Part shown: positions 9,433 through 21,434 of the stretch, piece after piece | Numbering within the stretch: the first letter of the stretch is position 1 | How the letters are laid out: the number at the start of each line of letters is the position of its first letter | Origin: Craspedostauros australis | Taxonomy: Eukaryota | Direction of reading: 5' to 3' | Length of the DNA: 51,752 bases | Assembly (NCBI GenBank): GCA_030167865.1 | Contig: JALAGF010003431.1 | Location: 1 to 51,752, forward strand | Notes under the pieces: generated by a model | Database searches by the model: none | What the model was told of the DNA's origin: nothing | The model's input: the letters and a program-made list of their open reading frames with translations, nothing else | Translations under genes and position numbers: made by a program

Positions 9433-10063
9433 TGCGCGGTTGTTTTGGGAGTATGGCGTGGATCTGTCGCGAATGTACAATTCAGAAAGAACTACTCCAT
9501 GGATAGTAGATCGTACTCTGTCTGGAACACCGTGTGCTGCCTGCGCCCTTGGTTTGATCTCCTCGATGCCCCCCTCTGTGTCACGATCTTTGTCGTTTTG
9601 CCTCCTGTCACCAGATCCCAAAAATCGCGCGAAAACGTCTTATCGATTCATCGGATTTCAATGGTGGACCAGTTCGACTAACATGTCAGTATCTCAAATC
9701 GCGGGTGGATCCTCTTGTTGACACCACAGCATCTTGTTACCGGTGTTCTCTTGAAGCAGGGTGGTGGTTGTCTTCCCTTCGGGTACTGGCAGGAGATGGT
9801 ATCCCTCCCCGCGATGATGGCTTGAGGAAACAGGACCCCGCATCAGATCGAGTTGGTTGGAGGCTCACCCGCAGAGATATCATTCATTGCAGCGCTTGAG
9901 ACGTAGGGTTACGAGTGGAGTGAAGTGAAGTGAAGCCCTTGCTCTCTCGAGAGTAGAGCACCAAGCCATTGAGAAATTCCTTGGTCAAGTGTCAGATCAT
10001 CTGAGACCTGACGAGAATTCCGCACTTCTCGCACAAAGGCAGGGCGCAGCGACAGCAAGCAGC

Positions 10064-12215
10064 ATGGGCGACAGCGAAATTGGAGAGAAGCAGCCGCTTC
10101 TCGCGGCAGGCAAGAAGGTTCAAGATGCCACGAGCAATGGCCTGGAGATGGATACCGATGCCATTGACAAGCGGCCAACCGTCCGAAGCGACGTGCTCGA
10201 TGTCTTCCGGCTCGGAACTCCCATCTTCATCACCATGCTGGCGTGGGTTGGTGTAAGTGCTTTGCCCGATTGGTACTGAATGCAATCGAATGTGTAGATG
10301 ATTCCAATTGCGGAATGCTCAGCTTGATTTGAGGGATTGTGCAGCTGTATTTCTGTCGGCGTTCGTGGCTACCTATTCGTTCATTCTTCATGATTGATGT
10401 GCTTCTCATCCACGAAACTACTGCACCATTGCTGATTGTTGCATCATCTTCTGTGCCTCCGCAAATCACTATTACATATTATATAATATTGTCGTGAACG
10501 ACAACGGCGGAACACCACCCACCATCCGCCTTCGCGAACGCCTTTGCAATCGCCTTCGAACAGATGAAAATGACGGAGTCGGGGCTGCTGGATCATGTGT
10601 CTAGTCAGGCGACGAACGCGGTCGCCTTGAGCGACATCTGGACCATGTGCACGGCAATGTTGATTGCTGGTCGGTCGTTGGATATCTTGGTGGGAGGCGC
10701 CGTCGGCGCCGGCAACCCCAAGCTGGCAGGAATCTACTTGCAGGTCTCGTGCTACTGCCTGTCATGGGCGGCCCTGTTCGTCTTTGTCTGCTGGAATCTA
10801 GCGGCGCCTTTGTGGTTGGTGCTTGGCGCAAATTCTGAGCTCGCCAGCATGGCGGGGTACTATGCACGCATTCTTGCCTTGAGCATCCCGGCGCAGGTCC
10901 TCTTTGGACAGCTCTCGCAGTTCTTCTCGGCACAAAAGATCATGCACCCCGAAATGAACGCATCGTTGGTGGCTTTGGCCCTCAGCCTAATGCTAGGATT
11001 CATCCTGGTGGTTGGCATCGGACTTCCAGGTTTCGAGGGCACAGGCTTTGCCATGTGTCCAGTTATCACAACGTGCGCGGTGTATACGCAGCTCGCTGTC
11101 ATCACCTACGTATACGTCGGCCGCCAACGTCTCCATGGCCCTGCATGGGATGGATGGGCGTATCACGAGATCACGTGGCCGCGAATCAAGACCTTCTGCT
11201 GGCTCTATTGCCCGACTGTTCTTGGCATGGCGTCTGATTTCTGGCGCGTAGCCGTGATTACCGCCATCGCTTCAAAGTTTGGGGAGCATGAGACCGCTGT
11301 CTTCAACGCAAGCTACCGGTAAGTTTGGGGAGACTGCGGGTATGGTACCTTACCTACGAGTTCCATACCATACGAACATGCGTGGCGAGTTGGAATTATG
11401 CACCGCAGATTTACGTGTGCGAGAGAGAGAGAGATCAGATCATTGCCATCGTTCATATCTATTTTGAATAACACCATGCTTGGAATCTTGTTGCATGGTC
11501 GATCCCAACAAGATGTACCCATGCATCCTTGTTTGCAACTTCCATCACTAACCCGGGTACTCGTTCCACTGTCCAATTTTACAACATGACGCACCTGTGA
11601 TGTGGCACCATGTGGTGTTGTGCGATCTGATGCTCATTGATCAACGTCCAAAGCGTGATGTGGATGGCGCTGATGGTCATGGTCGCTATATCAGGCGCTT
11701 GTGGCATCAACATGTGCATACGGCTGGGCAAGCTGGATTCAAACGGCGCTCGCCAGGCTGGATGCGTCGGTGTTGGAATGTCCGCATTTGTTTCAATCAT
11801 CATGGTGGTGTTTGAAATGCTCGCGCCAGGTTCATTCTGGAGACTGTTTACCGATGATAGCAACCTGCATTCCATCTTGGATGAGATCAAGGTTCCTTTT
11901 GGCATCGCACTATTCCTCATGAACACTTCCGTCGCCCTCGAAAAGATTCCATACTGCATGGGTCGCACAACGACGGTACTGTGGATCAGCGTCGTTGCCT
12001 CTTGGGGCATCCAAATCCCGGCTGTGTACCTGCTGACGGATCATTGGCGCAATGACTTGACAGGATTGTTTTGGGGATTGGCGATTGGGCATGGCGCTAT
12101 GGCGATCTTGTACGTCATCGTCATCCAACAAAGTGATTGGACGAAATTCGCAAGATTGACACACCTTCGATCAACAGAAGCCGCTGAGGATGACAAGGCT
12201 GTTCACACAGATTGA
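10064..12215 (+). CDS. MATE (multidrug and toxic compound extrusion) family transporter; 3 exons 10064-10252, 10564-11318, 11654-12215
   Basis: Multi-TM protein with MATE-like motifs ('DILVGGAVGAGN', 'LSQFFSAQKIMHP', 'MCIRLGKLDSNGAR', 'GLFWGLAIG', 'SDWTK'). Introns GTAAGT(10253)..CAG(10563) phase 0 and GTAAGT(11319)..AAG(11653) phase 2 both restore the frame. The start codon is uncertain. Confidence 0.9.
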
Positions 12216-13088
12216 TACGGGCGCTGTTTTTGGCACGCAGCAGAGGTGTTGAGGAATGGCGGACCATACTACTCGTATTCTGCGCACATTCGCATTCGAG
12301 CATGGTTCTTGAGTGAAAGATGCCTCATACCGGTACCGGTACCATCACCGTGACGATGGTGTTACATAGGCTCATGACACAGTTACGCACAAGCGACAGC
12401 AACTGCACAATTTGATAACATACCTACATTACGAAACTTATGACGCAAGAAACTTTGGTTGAATGCAGAGTATCGGTCGCAATGATGATGCTCCGTATAC
12501 GAGTAGCGGCATTGCATCTACCTGTGTGCAGAAGGGCGTCTCTCTCTAGACAGAGTTTCGACCGAGCAAGATATTAACAACCATCCCGATACGAGCTGCG
12601 CCCTCGTTGGCATCTCCTGACCATTCCCCCAAATCGATGAAGTGTTTCACCAAGGCCTTTTTGTGGACTTTGGGTTCCTCCAGTATCTGCCTCTGTCTCT
12701 GCATCCGTATCACAGCGCTCTGGCGTGATTCTCAACATGTGCAGCGCTTTGGCCTGCGGGCACCATCTTGCGTGGGCAGAGTTCCAGTACGGTTTTTGAT
12801 CGATTGCTGCGTTCACGCTTCTTGATGCCCTGCCCCAAGAAGCACCTGCAGATTTGCAGAAAATATCCCGCCTTTTTTTGGTCTCCACCTCCCTGCGCTC
12901 CTTCTGTGTTTCAGCATCCGCAGGAGGAACGAATCATCCGCAGCTAATTGCAGTGAAGCGTGCTCGTCGTACTTGTTGGTATAATATAATATACTACTCT
13001 CCTCGTAGCATCGTGCTGCTTTGGACGCGCATCACCACCCTGCATCACCGGCATTCGTTGACCTGCACGAGGCAACGACGTCACATGC

Positions 13089-13481
13089 TCAATCACTCCC
13101 CCGGACGACCTGAACGCCAGGCATTTGCAACAGCTTGAGCTTCTTGTGCCCTTGGCGCAATTTGAACTCCACTCGTTTGAAATCGAGCTTGCGCACGGAA
13201 TGGGCCTGCTTGCGGAATTCGCTCCTCGCGTACTGCGTGGTCGTCGTTGGCGTTTGCGCCCGTTCTTGACTTGCTTCCGCGGATGCAGTGGGGAATGCGA
13301 GGTTGGTAAACGATGGTGTCGGTGTGGCGGAAGCAGCGCGATCCTTCTTGAGAGATTCTCGCAGGATCGTCCTGTACAGCGAAAGCACGTCCTTCTGCAG
13401 ACCGGAAAGCCTTTTGCCAGCCTTCGGTGCTGCTGCCGACGACATGGATATCCTCGTTGTGCTTGTGATGAGCGACGCCAT
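13089..13481 (-). CDS. SDHAF1: Mitochondrial LYR-motif protein, succinate dehydrogenase assembly factor 1-like
   Basis: ATG 13481 and an S/T/R-rich presequence, then 'LSGLQKDVLSLYRTILR..ARSEFRKQA..DFKRVEFKLRQGHKKLKLL', matching the SDHAF1/Sdh6 pattern. Confidence 0.82.
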   Translation of the reverse strand: MASLITSTTRISMSSAAAPKAGKRLSGLQKDVLSLYRTILRESLKKDRAASATPTPSFTNLAFPTASAEASQERAQTPTTTTQYARSEFRKQAHSVRKLDFKRVEFKLRQGHKKLKLLQMPGVQVVRGSD

Positions 13482-14302
13482 TGTCCAAAGTACGTGTGCT
13501 ATACGGAGAGTGACAGAGTGACCATTCGGAGGAGTGCTCCTTCCATAACAGTAGTAGTAGTAGTAGATTATGGCATCATAGTCGTACAGCGAACGAGACC
13601 TGGATACGTGGCTGGTCTGTTGGGAGACAACAAAGCCAGTTTTGCGTTCGACAAGACTCACGCCATCGCTGCGCACGCTTCTCTGCTTTATTGTGTATGT
13701 CCGCGACCGTGTTGGTGTTCGTTAATTGTCCGTGACATGCTGATAAGAGACTTAATAAGTACGTCCGCAACAACACGAAGCGTCGCGTGCAAACACGATC
13801 GGAGCGTGTCCGGTGTGAGAATCGCAGCACAAAGGGCGAACAAGGCCAGAAGAGACGGCGCTTCTCTGGAGGCTGTTTGTTGCAACGAAAAGACGACAGA
13901 ACCAAGAACGGATCGCGCAAGTGGAGATAAGAACACGAGGAACACACAAAGAGGCAGAGCGAGCGAGAGAGAGAGAGAGAGAGACAAAGAGCGCATACCA
14001 TACCATACATCGCCAATAAGGGGGGATGAGAGATGGACTTGTGCCTTCCTTCCTGTGAAGCAATAGCAATAGCAATAGCAATAGGGTCAGAGCACTCGCG
14101 CAGAGTGTAGAGCACACAAGAGTGGCATATTCGCGCAGTACCATAGAGCGGCGCATAGTTGAGAAGGGTACTCCACCAGTCGGACTACTCTACCATCAAG
14201 GCTACTCGACCAACACTATACCAACACTCGTCCCATACCTGCAATACCTGCCATACAAACATACGTGTACCTACTACGGACACACCATATGTAAAGTGGA
14301 GC

Positions 14303-17300
14303 ATGAAAGAGCAGAGTGAACCAAGTGAGACTGCTGACGCAGGAGATGCTTGTGGGTTCGACACCAACGACACTATCGACACTAACAACGACACTATCGA
14401 CAACAACGACACCAACGACCAAAGCGACGTGAACAGTGGTGGCAACCTCAGCGAAGAAGCACAGGCGAATTCAGACCGTTCAGGTCCCAGCCACGAGCCT
14501 GCTCGAGAACCCGATCAACCACACCGAGGATCTGCAACACCTCCGCCATCGTGCGCTGCTCCTCCAATAGATGCACAACGGCAGAGTCACGATCAGGCGC
14601 AGACGCAGAATCAAGACCCGGAATCCTCGGCTGCGATCGGCCCGCAATCGCCACTGTCGGAGGCTTCGTCGATCGCATCCACTGCATCAACCGCAAGGAG
14701 ACGGCAGAACAGGGGGGACTTTGCGGACGCCGGCATTCAGACACAAGGAGTGTTGGCATCAGCATCAGCATCCTTTGCAGCACGCCGTCTCCAACCCGCC
14801 AGCGTGTCGAATCAGTGGCAACCGCTGTGTCGTTGCGGAGGCGTTGCGAGAAGCGGGAAATTCCTCCTCAATTCACATCATTACAACCCCTACGGCCCAT
14901 GGCCGCGCCTGCCACCGCCACCCAACAGCTTTCGTCGGTGTCCGACCACAGCCTCGATCGCTGCCTCCACGCTCGCTCCCATGCCATCGCCACCAGCATC
15001 TCCGACATTGTCTTCCTCCTCTTCCGGATCGTCGTCAGCATCGTCGTCGTCTGTGTCAAGAATGTCATCGATCGAATCGTCAAGAAGTCCGCTGGGTCTC
15101 CTGCAGGGAACTGGCACCAACAGAAGCCCGACCCGGCAGCAATCGCAACATCAACATCAACAGCAGGAACAACAGCGAGAACAACGGCAGAGCATAGCTG
15201 CAACGATAGCCAGCCACCCTTCCCTCGTGCCATTGTCAGCAATTTCGCCCATCAGCACGGCAGGAGCACCATCATCATCCTTGGACCAATCTACTACCAT
15301 CTTCGTCAACGGTGCCTTTCTCGACAGCGCGTCCATCGCTGAGCAACTCAGAGCAAGTATCCAGCACAATGACAGAACTGTCATCACGCTGCGGAATGTG
15401 ACCATCGATCATTGGGTCGTCCGTGCACTGCAGGACTTGTTTCATGCACGACGGCTGTACGCTACCGAGGCAAATGCCAAAACAAATGTCAATGCACTAC
15501 GGGTCGCTGATGCCTCTCCTTCACCCGGAACTGAGAAGCGAAATGGCACAAGCCAAGACACTGTCAATGCTGCCAATGCTGCTTCTGCTGCTGATGCAGA
15601 TTGCATGCCGCCAGCGTGGATCAAGCTGCACCTCACACATTGCATGGAGATGCTCACTGACGTCTTTGAGGCAATACATCGGTCGCGCAGCGTGTCCGAA
15701 TTGATCTTCACGGGCAGCCTACCAATTGCGCACAACCCGCGGTACTCGTTGACAACGGACTCTCTCAGGGCCCTTTCCTTGGCTTTGCAGCCCATCACCA
15801 GCAGCGATGAAAATGATGGCAAAACCACTCAAAAGGACAACGCCAGCGCGACGAAGGCAGAATCCACTAATGTCGCTGATGGAGCGCATGACGAAGAAAA
15901 GGAAGACAGCAAACCGAAAGCAAAGCCAACCAGGGAGGAAAATGCAGGCTCATCGTTGAAGACTCTTTGCCTACGAGGGACTCGCATCCCTCGTGAAGGG
16001 TTGATGTACCTGTGCCGGGATGGATTGGGAAATCCGGACTGCCCATTGGTTACGCTGCGGTTGTCCCAGGTCCACTTTCAAGCAACTGATGTGGTCTTGT
16101 TGGCAGACGCGTTAGCAAGCAACCGCCGTCTCGAGGTCTTGCTCTTGTCTCATTGCAAGCTCTCTTCCTCGGCACGAACTTCCCGCCCAATTGCATCGCG
16201 TTCGATCGGTAACAATGCGGCACGCCATGTACGTACGACACTGGTGCCAATCGGCGGGCTCCGACCACCAGATACTGCGCCTAGTTCGTCAGCTTCTCGT
16301 GCCATGGTCCGGGACGCACCAACCTCTCCAGTCGCGGCATCCATAAGCCCAGCAAATCAGCGATTTGATCACTCTGGTGCCGCTTCGTCGGATGGCCCAC
16401 GAAATCCACGGCAGCAATCAAGCGTTGACTCGCGTATACATCAGCAGGCCTCTTCCTCCCAACCGCCGGCAGACCATCGCGATGGTGCGGGTGCCGAAGA
16501 CGGTACCACCAATCGACGCGGTGTGGATGCTTCTCACAATGTCGAAAACGACGACGACGACGAATCCATTGAATCGATTGAATCGCAGCCATTGGTCCAG
16601 CCAAACGAGCACGACGACGAGGCCACAGCGATGGCGCTGGTGCTAGAGGCGTTAGAACACCATCCGGCTCTGCAGTGCTTGCTCATTTACGGCATGCGGA
16701 TCGTGTCGCCAACATCATCAACGGGGCGTGGTGCAAAACTGAGCAAAGGAGAGAACGACACAGCCACAAATGACGGGCCGCCGCCTACAGTCGGAGCAGA
16801 TGGCAGTCCCGGCAATCAGGGTGAGAGACAACGCGGGCACAGGGCGGTGCAAGCTCTACGAAGATTTCTCGAGGCACCCACATGCCAACTCTGGCATCTG
16901 GGCTTGAAGCACAACATCGACCATCACCACAACAGCTCGGGCAGGCCTGGCAATGGAAACCGACGCCGCCGAGGTCAAGAGCAGCGCGGCAATCCCCACG
17001 GCATAGCACGTCACCGGCAGCAGCAGCAGCGTCATGGCCAACAGCAACAGCAGCACAATGCGGCTCTCGTTCAACCACGAAATCCAAATATTGAGCAAGA
17101 CCGATCGCTTGGCATACATCCCATAATCGAGGCGTTGCGGACGAACAGAACCGTAAAGTATCTACAGTGCTCGGGCAATGGCATCACATCCAACGAGTTG
17201 GAGCAGCTCAGTGCGGTCCTGGTGCAGTCCGGCAGCACGTCGCCTCCAACCCTCGCAGGTTTGAACTTGACAGACAATGCCATCGACGACGACGGGCTGC

Positions 17301-18013
17301 GCGCGCTGGCAAGCCGGTTGCACAAAGTCAAGTGCTTACGGTTCCTGGATCTGCAAGCCAATCCATTCACCGATGATGGCAAGGAAGCATTGATCGGCGC
17401 ATTGAAGAACAACTGGGAGTTAGAGAGGCTTGATTTGGACGGGACCCCGCACGAAATGAAAGCATACTACATGGCGTTGAATCGAGGTGGGAGACGGTTG
17501 CTGTTGCAAGCTTCCGGCGGCGGCGTCGCTGCTTCCGTCGCGAGAAAACCGAATTCCGATGGTGCATCCTCCTCCTCCGAGCACTCCCTGACCACAGAAC
17601 CGCGCGTCCCAGCGGTACCTCTCGGACTTTGGCCCGTCGTGTTGGCACGTGTCAACCGGCTGCAATTCGGAAGATCTGGACACAACTCTCACTTGGACGT
17701 CCTGAATTGTTTGATCCGCGGCCCTGCGCTCTTCGAGCGCCCACAATCTCTTGCTGCGCACGCACCTGCAGGGAACGGATCGGTTCCGCAGCCACCCCCA
17801 GCAGCAGCTGCAGTCCCAGATGGTCGTGCACCGCTCGGAGGCCGAAAGCAGGCCCCGGAGACCGGCAACAGCAGCAACAGTGCCACCGCCGCCGCCAATC
17901 CAGACCGCGACAGACGCACGGCATCTCTTAAGAGAGAGGCAGCAGTGGACTTTGCACCCGCGAGCAAACGTGCACGCATTCATCACCCATCCAAAAATGG
18001 ATCAAGCATTTGA
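14303..18013 (+). CDS. RNI-like leucine-rich repeat protein with long low-complexity insertions (diatom-expanded LRR family)
   Basis: Track ORF of 1284 aa (first ATG 14303). RI-type LRRs include 'LRTNRTVKYLQCSGNGI', 'LAGLNLTDNAIDDDGLRALA', 'LRFLDLQANPFTDDGKEAL' and 'NWELERLDL'; the C-terminal cap reads 'LNRGGRRLL..PLGLWPVVLARV..LIRGP'. Confidence 0.88.
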   Translation: MKEQSEPSETADAGDACGFDTNDTIDTNNDTIDNNDTNDQSDVNSGGNLSEEAQANSDRSGPSHEPAREPDQPHRGSATPPPSCAAPPIDAQRQSHDQAQTQNQDPESSAAIGPQSPLSEASSIASTASTARRRQNRGDFADAGIQTQGVLASASASFAARRLQPASVSNQWQPLCRCGGVARSGKFLLNSHHYNPYGPWPRLPPPPNSFRRCPTTASIAASTLAPMPSPPASPTLSSSSSGSSSASSSSVSRMSSIESSRSPLGLLQGTGTNRSPTRQQSQHQHQQQEQQREQRQSIAATIASHPSLVPLSAISPISTAGAPSSSLDQSTTIFVNGAFLDSASIAEQLRASIQHNDRTVITLRNVTIDHWVVRALQDLFHARRLYATEANAKTNVNALRVADASPSPGTEKRNGTSQDTVNAANAASAADADCMPPAWIKLHLTHCMEMLTDVFEAIHRSRSVSELIFTGSLPIAHNPRYSLTTDSLRALSLALQPITSSDENDGKTTQKDNASATKAESTNVADGAHDEEKEDSKPKAKPTREENAGSSLKTLCLRGTRIPREGLMYLCRDGLGNPDCPLVTLRLSQVHFQATDVVLLADALASNRRLEVLLLSHCKLSSSARTSRPIASRSIGNNAARHVRTTLVPIGGLRPPDTAPSSSASRAMVRDAPTSPVAASISPANQRFDHSGAASSDGPRNPRQQSSVDSRIHQQASSSQPPADHRDGAGAEDGTTNRRGVDASHNVENDDDDESIESIESQPLVQPNEHDDEATAMALVLEALEHHPALQCLLIYGMRIVSPTSSTGRGAKLSKGENDTATNDGPPPTVGADGSPGNQGERQRGHRAVQALRRFLEAPTCQLWHLGLKHNIDHHHNSSGRPGNGNRRRRGQEQRGNPHGIARHRQQQQRHGQQQQQHNAALVQPRNPNIEQDRSLGIHPIIEALRTNRTVKYLQCSGNGITSNELEQLSAVLVQSGSTSPPTLAGLNLTDNAIDDDGLRALASRLHKVKCLRFLDLQANPFTDDGKEALIGALKNNWELERLDLDGTPHEMKAYYMALNRGGRRLLLQASGGGVAASVARKPNSDGASSSSEHSLTTEPRVPAVPLGLWPVVLARVNRLQFGRSGHNSHLDVLNCLIRGPALFERPQSLAAHAPAGNGSVPQPPPAAAAVPDGRAPLGGRKQAPETGNSSNSATAAANPDRDRRTASLKREAAVDFAPASKRARIHHPSKNGSSI

Positions 18014-18919
18014 AATCCAAATAATGTGAGCAAGATGAATCGCGTGAATATCCGTTCAGAGACACAGGTGGTCTTATGCAACAGAACGGTATTGCATGCT
18101 GTCCCTGTTTCCGCGTCAGTCTTTGCCGTTATTTACAGCTGCGCGAGCATGATCTCGAGCATAATATTACTTTTCTCTATCGTAGAGAAGTACAAATGCT
18201 CTGCTCGAGAATAGACGCAATCTGCACTGCTCTATCCGTTTCGTATTATATGTTCGAGCCATTGACGGCAGCTTCACTGGAGAACACCTCTCTTGTGCCA
18301 TGTGGTCCGGTTGGATGGACTGCGCAGGTCGTACTGCTACCATCGGCCATTGTTGTGCAACTGTCCAGGATACGAGTAAAGTACAAGGGCCCTCAGCGTA
18401 TGTAGGTACCACACGCACGTTGTAAACAACTAAAGGTTTTACATTATTCTGGTCACTCCACTGTATTGCTCTCCAAAGTCTTCAAAACGTACCTCGTTGC
18501 TCGTATGGTGTTTGTGGCCTCCCTCCACTCTCCGTTTGTCGCCATGTCCGTGCGTATTTCTAGTCGTGCGTACGAGGCACAAATGACCACACACGTTTTC
18601 GAAGAGTTTCGTGACAACAACACACAGAACCATTCTGGAGATGGCGCCACATACGACTGCTTGGCAGTTTCAAATCACATTTTCCTCACAGACGTTGCGC
18701 TCTTGCGAGTTCCTTTCCCACCGAAGCGACGCAAGGACACAGGGTCAAAAGAATCTGAAGCAGACCATCACCAATGACTCGTTTCCACGCTCTTCAAGAA
18801 GTCACAACCTCCACATCACCGCTGCCGTCGCTGCCAACATTGCTGCAGATATCATCACACGACGAGTGTGGACAGAACGCGTCATTCGCGGCTTTGACTC
18901 CACTAACATCCACGCCAAG

Positions 18920-20623
18920 ATGGCTCCCGATGACACAGCGACTGCCATGAATGATGGTGGAAATACAGTTCTCAACTCTTACTACGGATCGATTGAACCT
19001 GACGCGAGCCGCCTCTCGACCAGCTCTGCTGCTGCTGCTGCTGCTGCTGCTGACGTTGACGTTGACGTTGACACAAGCGAACAGAGTCCCCGAACCTCGA
19101 GGCCGGCGACGTATTTGGACATAGTCGTCGAGAATGAAGGGTTCCGCTACTTCCTCATGAGCTACATGATCACCCACGCAGGCGAATGGCTGACGTACAT
19201 CGCCACGATCAGTTTCATCGAGGAGCAGATGGATCAGCAATCCCGCACCGCCATATCCCTCTTGATATTCATCCGATTGATCCCGAACGTGCTCCTCTTC
19301 GGTTTAGGCGGAAGCTTGGCGGATTCCGTCGATCGCCGCAAGCTCATGATCCTGCTGGATGTCTGCGGCGCGCTCTGCTCCCTGCTGTTCATCGTGGCAT
19401 ACAACTTGGAATCCATAGCGCTGATCTACGTCGTGGCATTCGCGCAAAACTGCGTCGCTGGATTGTACGCGCCGAGCTGGTGCAGCATCCTTCCCATGCT
19501 CGTGGATGACAATGAAGAGCATCTGCAGAAGGCGAATATCATGGCTGGGTTGGCATGGTCAGTCATGATGGCGCTGGGCTCAGCGCTGGGTGGATATGTG
19601 ACCAGCACCCTCGGAAGTACGGCATGCTTCTTGCTCGACAGTCTCACGTACTGCGCCAGTGCTTACCTTCTTCGTCTAATATCTGGCAGCTTCAAAGTGA
19701 CGGAGCTGTACAACGAAGATGGGAGCGCGAAGCGCCCACTGAAAGATGAAGTCCAGGCAAACGCTGTAAGCGTTGAGGGAAGTGACAAGGACGATGATGA
19801 TGCCAGCAATGACAACGACGACGGTGACGACGACGGTGACGATGAAGAGGATCAGCACAAACGGACAGCAGGTTCTGTGCCGCCAAATACAGGCACGATC
19901 GCAATGACGATGGAATGCCTTGACTACCTCAGGAACTCCGACTTTGGCCTGCTGGTACTGATGAAGGGTTCCTCATGCTTGGCATACGGAGGTGTCGACA
20001 TCCTCAGCGTCGCGATCTCCGAACAAGGCCCAACAGCCAACGCTTCGACTCGCCTGGGTACTATCTTTGCCTGCGTTGGCGCCGGCTGCCTCATCGGCCC
20101 GTTGGTGTCGGAGAACTTCACTAGTCTGGATCGTCCGTGGACGTTGCAGATATCTTGTATCGTCTCTTTCGGCCTAATCGGTGCCGGGCTTTCCGCCTGG
20201 GCCGTCGTCGACTCATTCTGGTTGCAATGCGTCTTCACCATTGTCCGGGCGAGCGGATCGTCAATAGTGTACATCGATTCGGACATACTCTTGCAGAAAT
20301 TCGCGAAGCCCACAATGCTGGGGCGGGTAATGGCTTTGGACTACGCCTTTGCGTTACTCGCTGAAAGTCTGACGGCATTCCTGTGCGGGTACATCATGGA
20401 TTCCAACCCTGAAGTATTCACCGTGAAGGCGATGAGTTCGTGCCTGGCAACCACCTCGCTCCTCTTCATCTTGTTCTGGTCTTGGTATCATGTCACGGGG
20501 CATGGCGCAACGCACCCGGATGTCATCGCAGACGCACAGCTCGGGGGAATGTGCACAAGCACAGCGACTGAGAGCGCCGGCGGCCGACAGAAAAAGCAAT
20601 CCTCTCAGACCTCCCTGAAATAG
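18920..20623 (+). CDS. Major facilitator superfamily transporter (MefA/DHA3-like), paralogue A
   Basis: About 12 hydrophobic segments; MFS motif A 'GGSLADSVDRRKLMILLD'; 'LLQKFAKPTMLGRVMAL'. First ATG 18920. Confidence 0.92.
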   Translation: MAPDDTATAMNDGGNTVLNSYYGSIEPDASRLSTSSAAAAAAAADVDVDVDTSEQSPRTSRPATYLDIVVENEGFRYFLMSYMITHAGEWLTYIATISFIEEQMDQQSRTAISLLIFIRLIPNVLLFGLGGSLADSVDRRKLMILLDVCGALCSLLFIVAYNLESIALIYVVAFAQNCVAGLYAPSWCSILPMLVDDNEEHLQKANIMAGLAWSVMMALGSALGGYVTSTLGSTACFLLDSLTYCASAYLLRLISGSFKVTELYNEDGSAKRPLKDEVQANAVSVEGSDKDDDDASNDNDDGDDDGDDEEDQHKRTAGSVPPNTGTIAMTMECLDYLRNSDFGLLVLMKGSSCLAYGGVDILSVAISEQGPTANASTRLGTIFACVGAGCLIGPLVSENFTSLDRPWTLQISCIVSFGLIGAGLSAWAVVDSFWLQCVFTIVRASGSSIVYIDSDILLQKFAKPTMLGRVMALDYAFALLAESLTAFLCGYIMDSNPEVFTVKAMSSCLATTSLLFILFWSWYHVTGHGATHPDVIADAQLGGMCTSTATESAGGRQKKQSSQTSLK

Positions 20624-21434
20624 CACAGAGCAGAGCAAACGGAGCAAGTTGAATCATCTGCACTTTGACAGGAGAAGCGAAGCAGACAAATGTTCCAGCG
20701 CATGTGATCCTCCTGTCCCACAGCTAGGGAGGGACGACTAGAGGCCAGAGGAGTAGAATGGAGTATTCCGGCGGGGGGAGAGCATTTCTCAACTCGTTTC
20801 GGGAGGTTCAAGATGGGTTGATTGTGATTGTCTGCCTATCTGCGCTCTCTAGATATCTCCAATAGCGTGTAGCTTGGAACACGTGCAAACGCAGATTCCT
20901 CCGGAACGTGCACACCACCATAGCCCACCAAAGATGTTCCTGGAATGACAACTTTTTGGTGGTTGTGCAACTGTTTGAGAAGCAATGAGAAAGCCTCGAA
21001 TCTCATGATTGCAATCAGCGGAGCGCGACTCAAATTATCACAAACTCCAAACACGACCATTTTTCGGATTTACGATTCGCTGTCAGATCATCATGAACCA
21101 ATCAGAGAACGAGAATCGGAATTATGTGTTGTTGTCTCTTCCGCCTACACACCTTCACGGACGATTCCTTCTTGTTTTTCCCGCTCAGCCACGGAGTAGT
21201 CCCCAGAAAGACGCACCAAGGCAACGTCATTCCCGAAGACCCTCCTCGAGCGCACCTCGCGATACTCGTGGCCTCACAGAGCGACAGCGTGAGGTGAGGA
21301 AAGAGGGATTTATGGGGTGATACTGACACAAAGTCCCACAATCCTCCGAGATCGTTTGCGTTGGGCACAAAGTCCTTTTTGAAGCACTATCCCGTCGATT
21401 TTTGAGATCGAGAACGCAGACAGCCTCTGCCAAC

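Noticed and set aside
5395-11653. snoRNAs hosted in the three relatively long introns (311-395 nt)
   Set aside because: No convincing paired C/D boxes with a terminal stem, or H/ACA structure, found by eye; an Infernal/Rfam scan would be needed.
12540-12900. Short ORFs between MATE and SDHAF1
   Set aside because: No recognisable motif in any frame; could be 3' UTR or a decayed fragment and cannot be supported.
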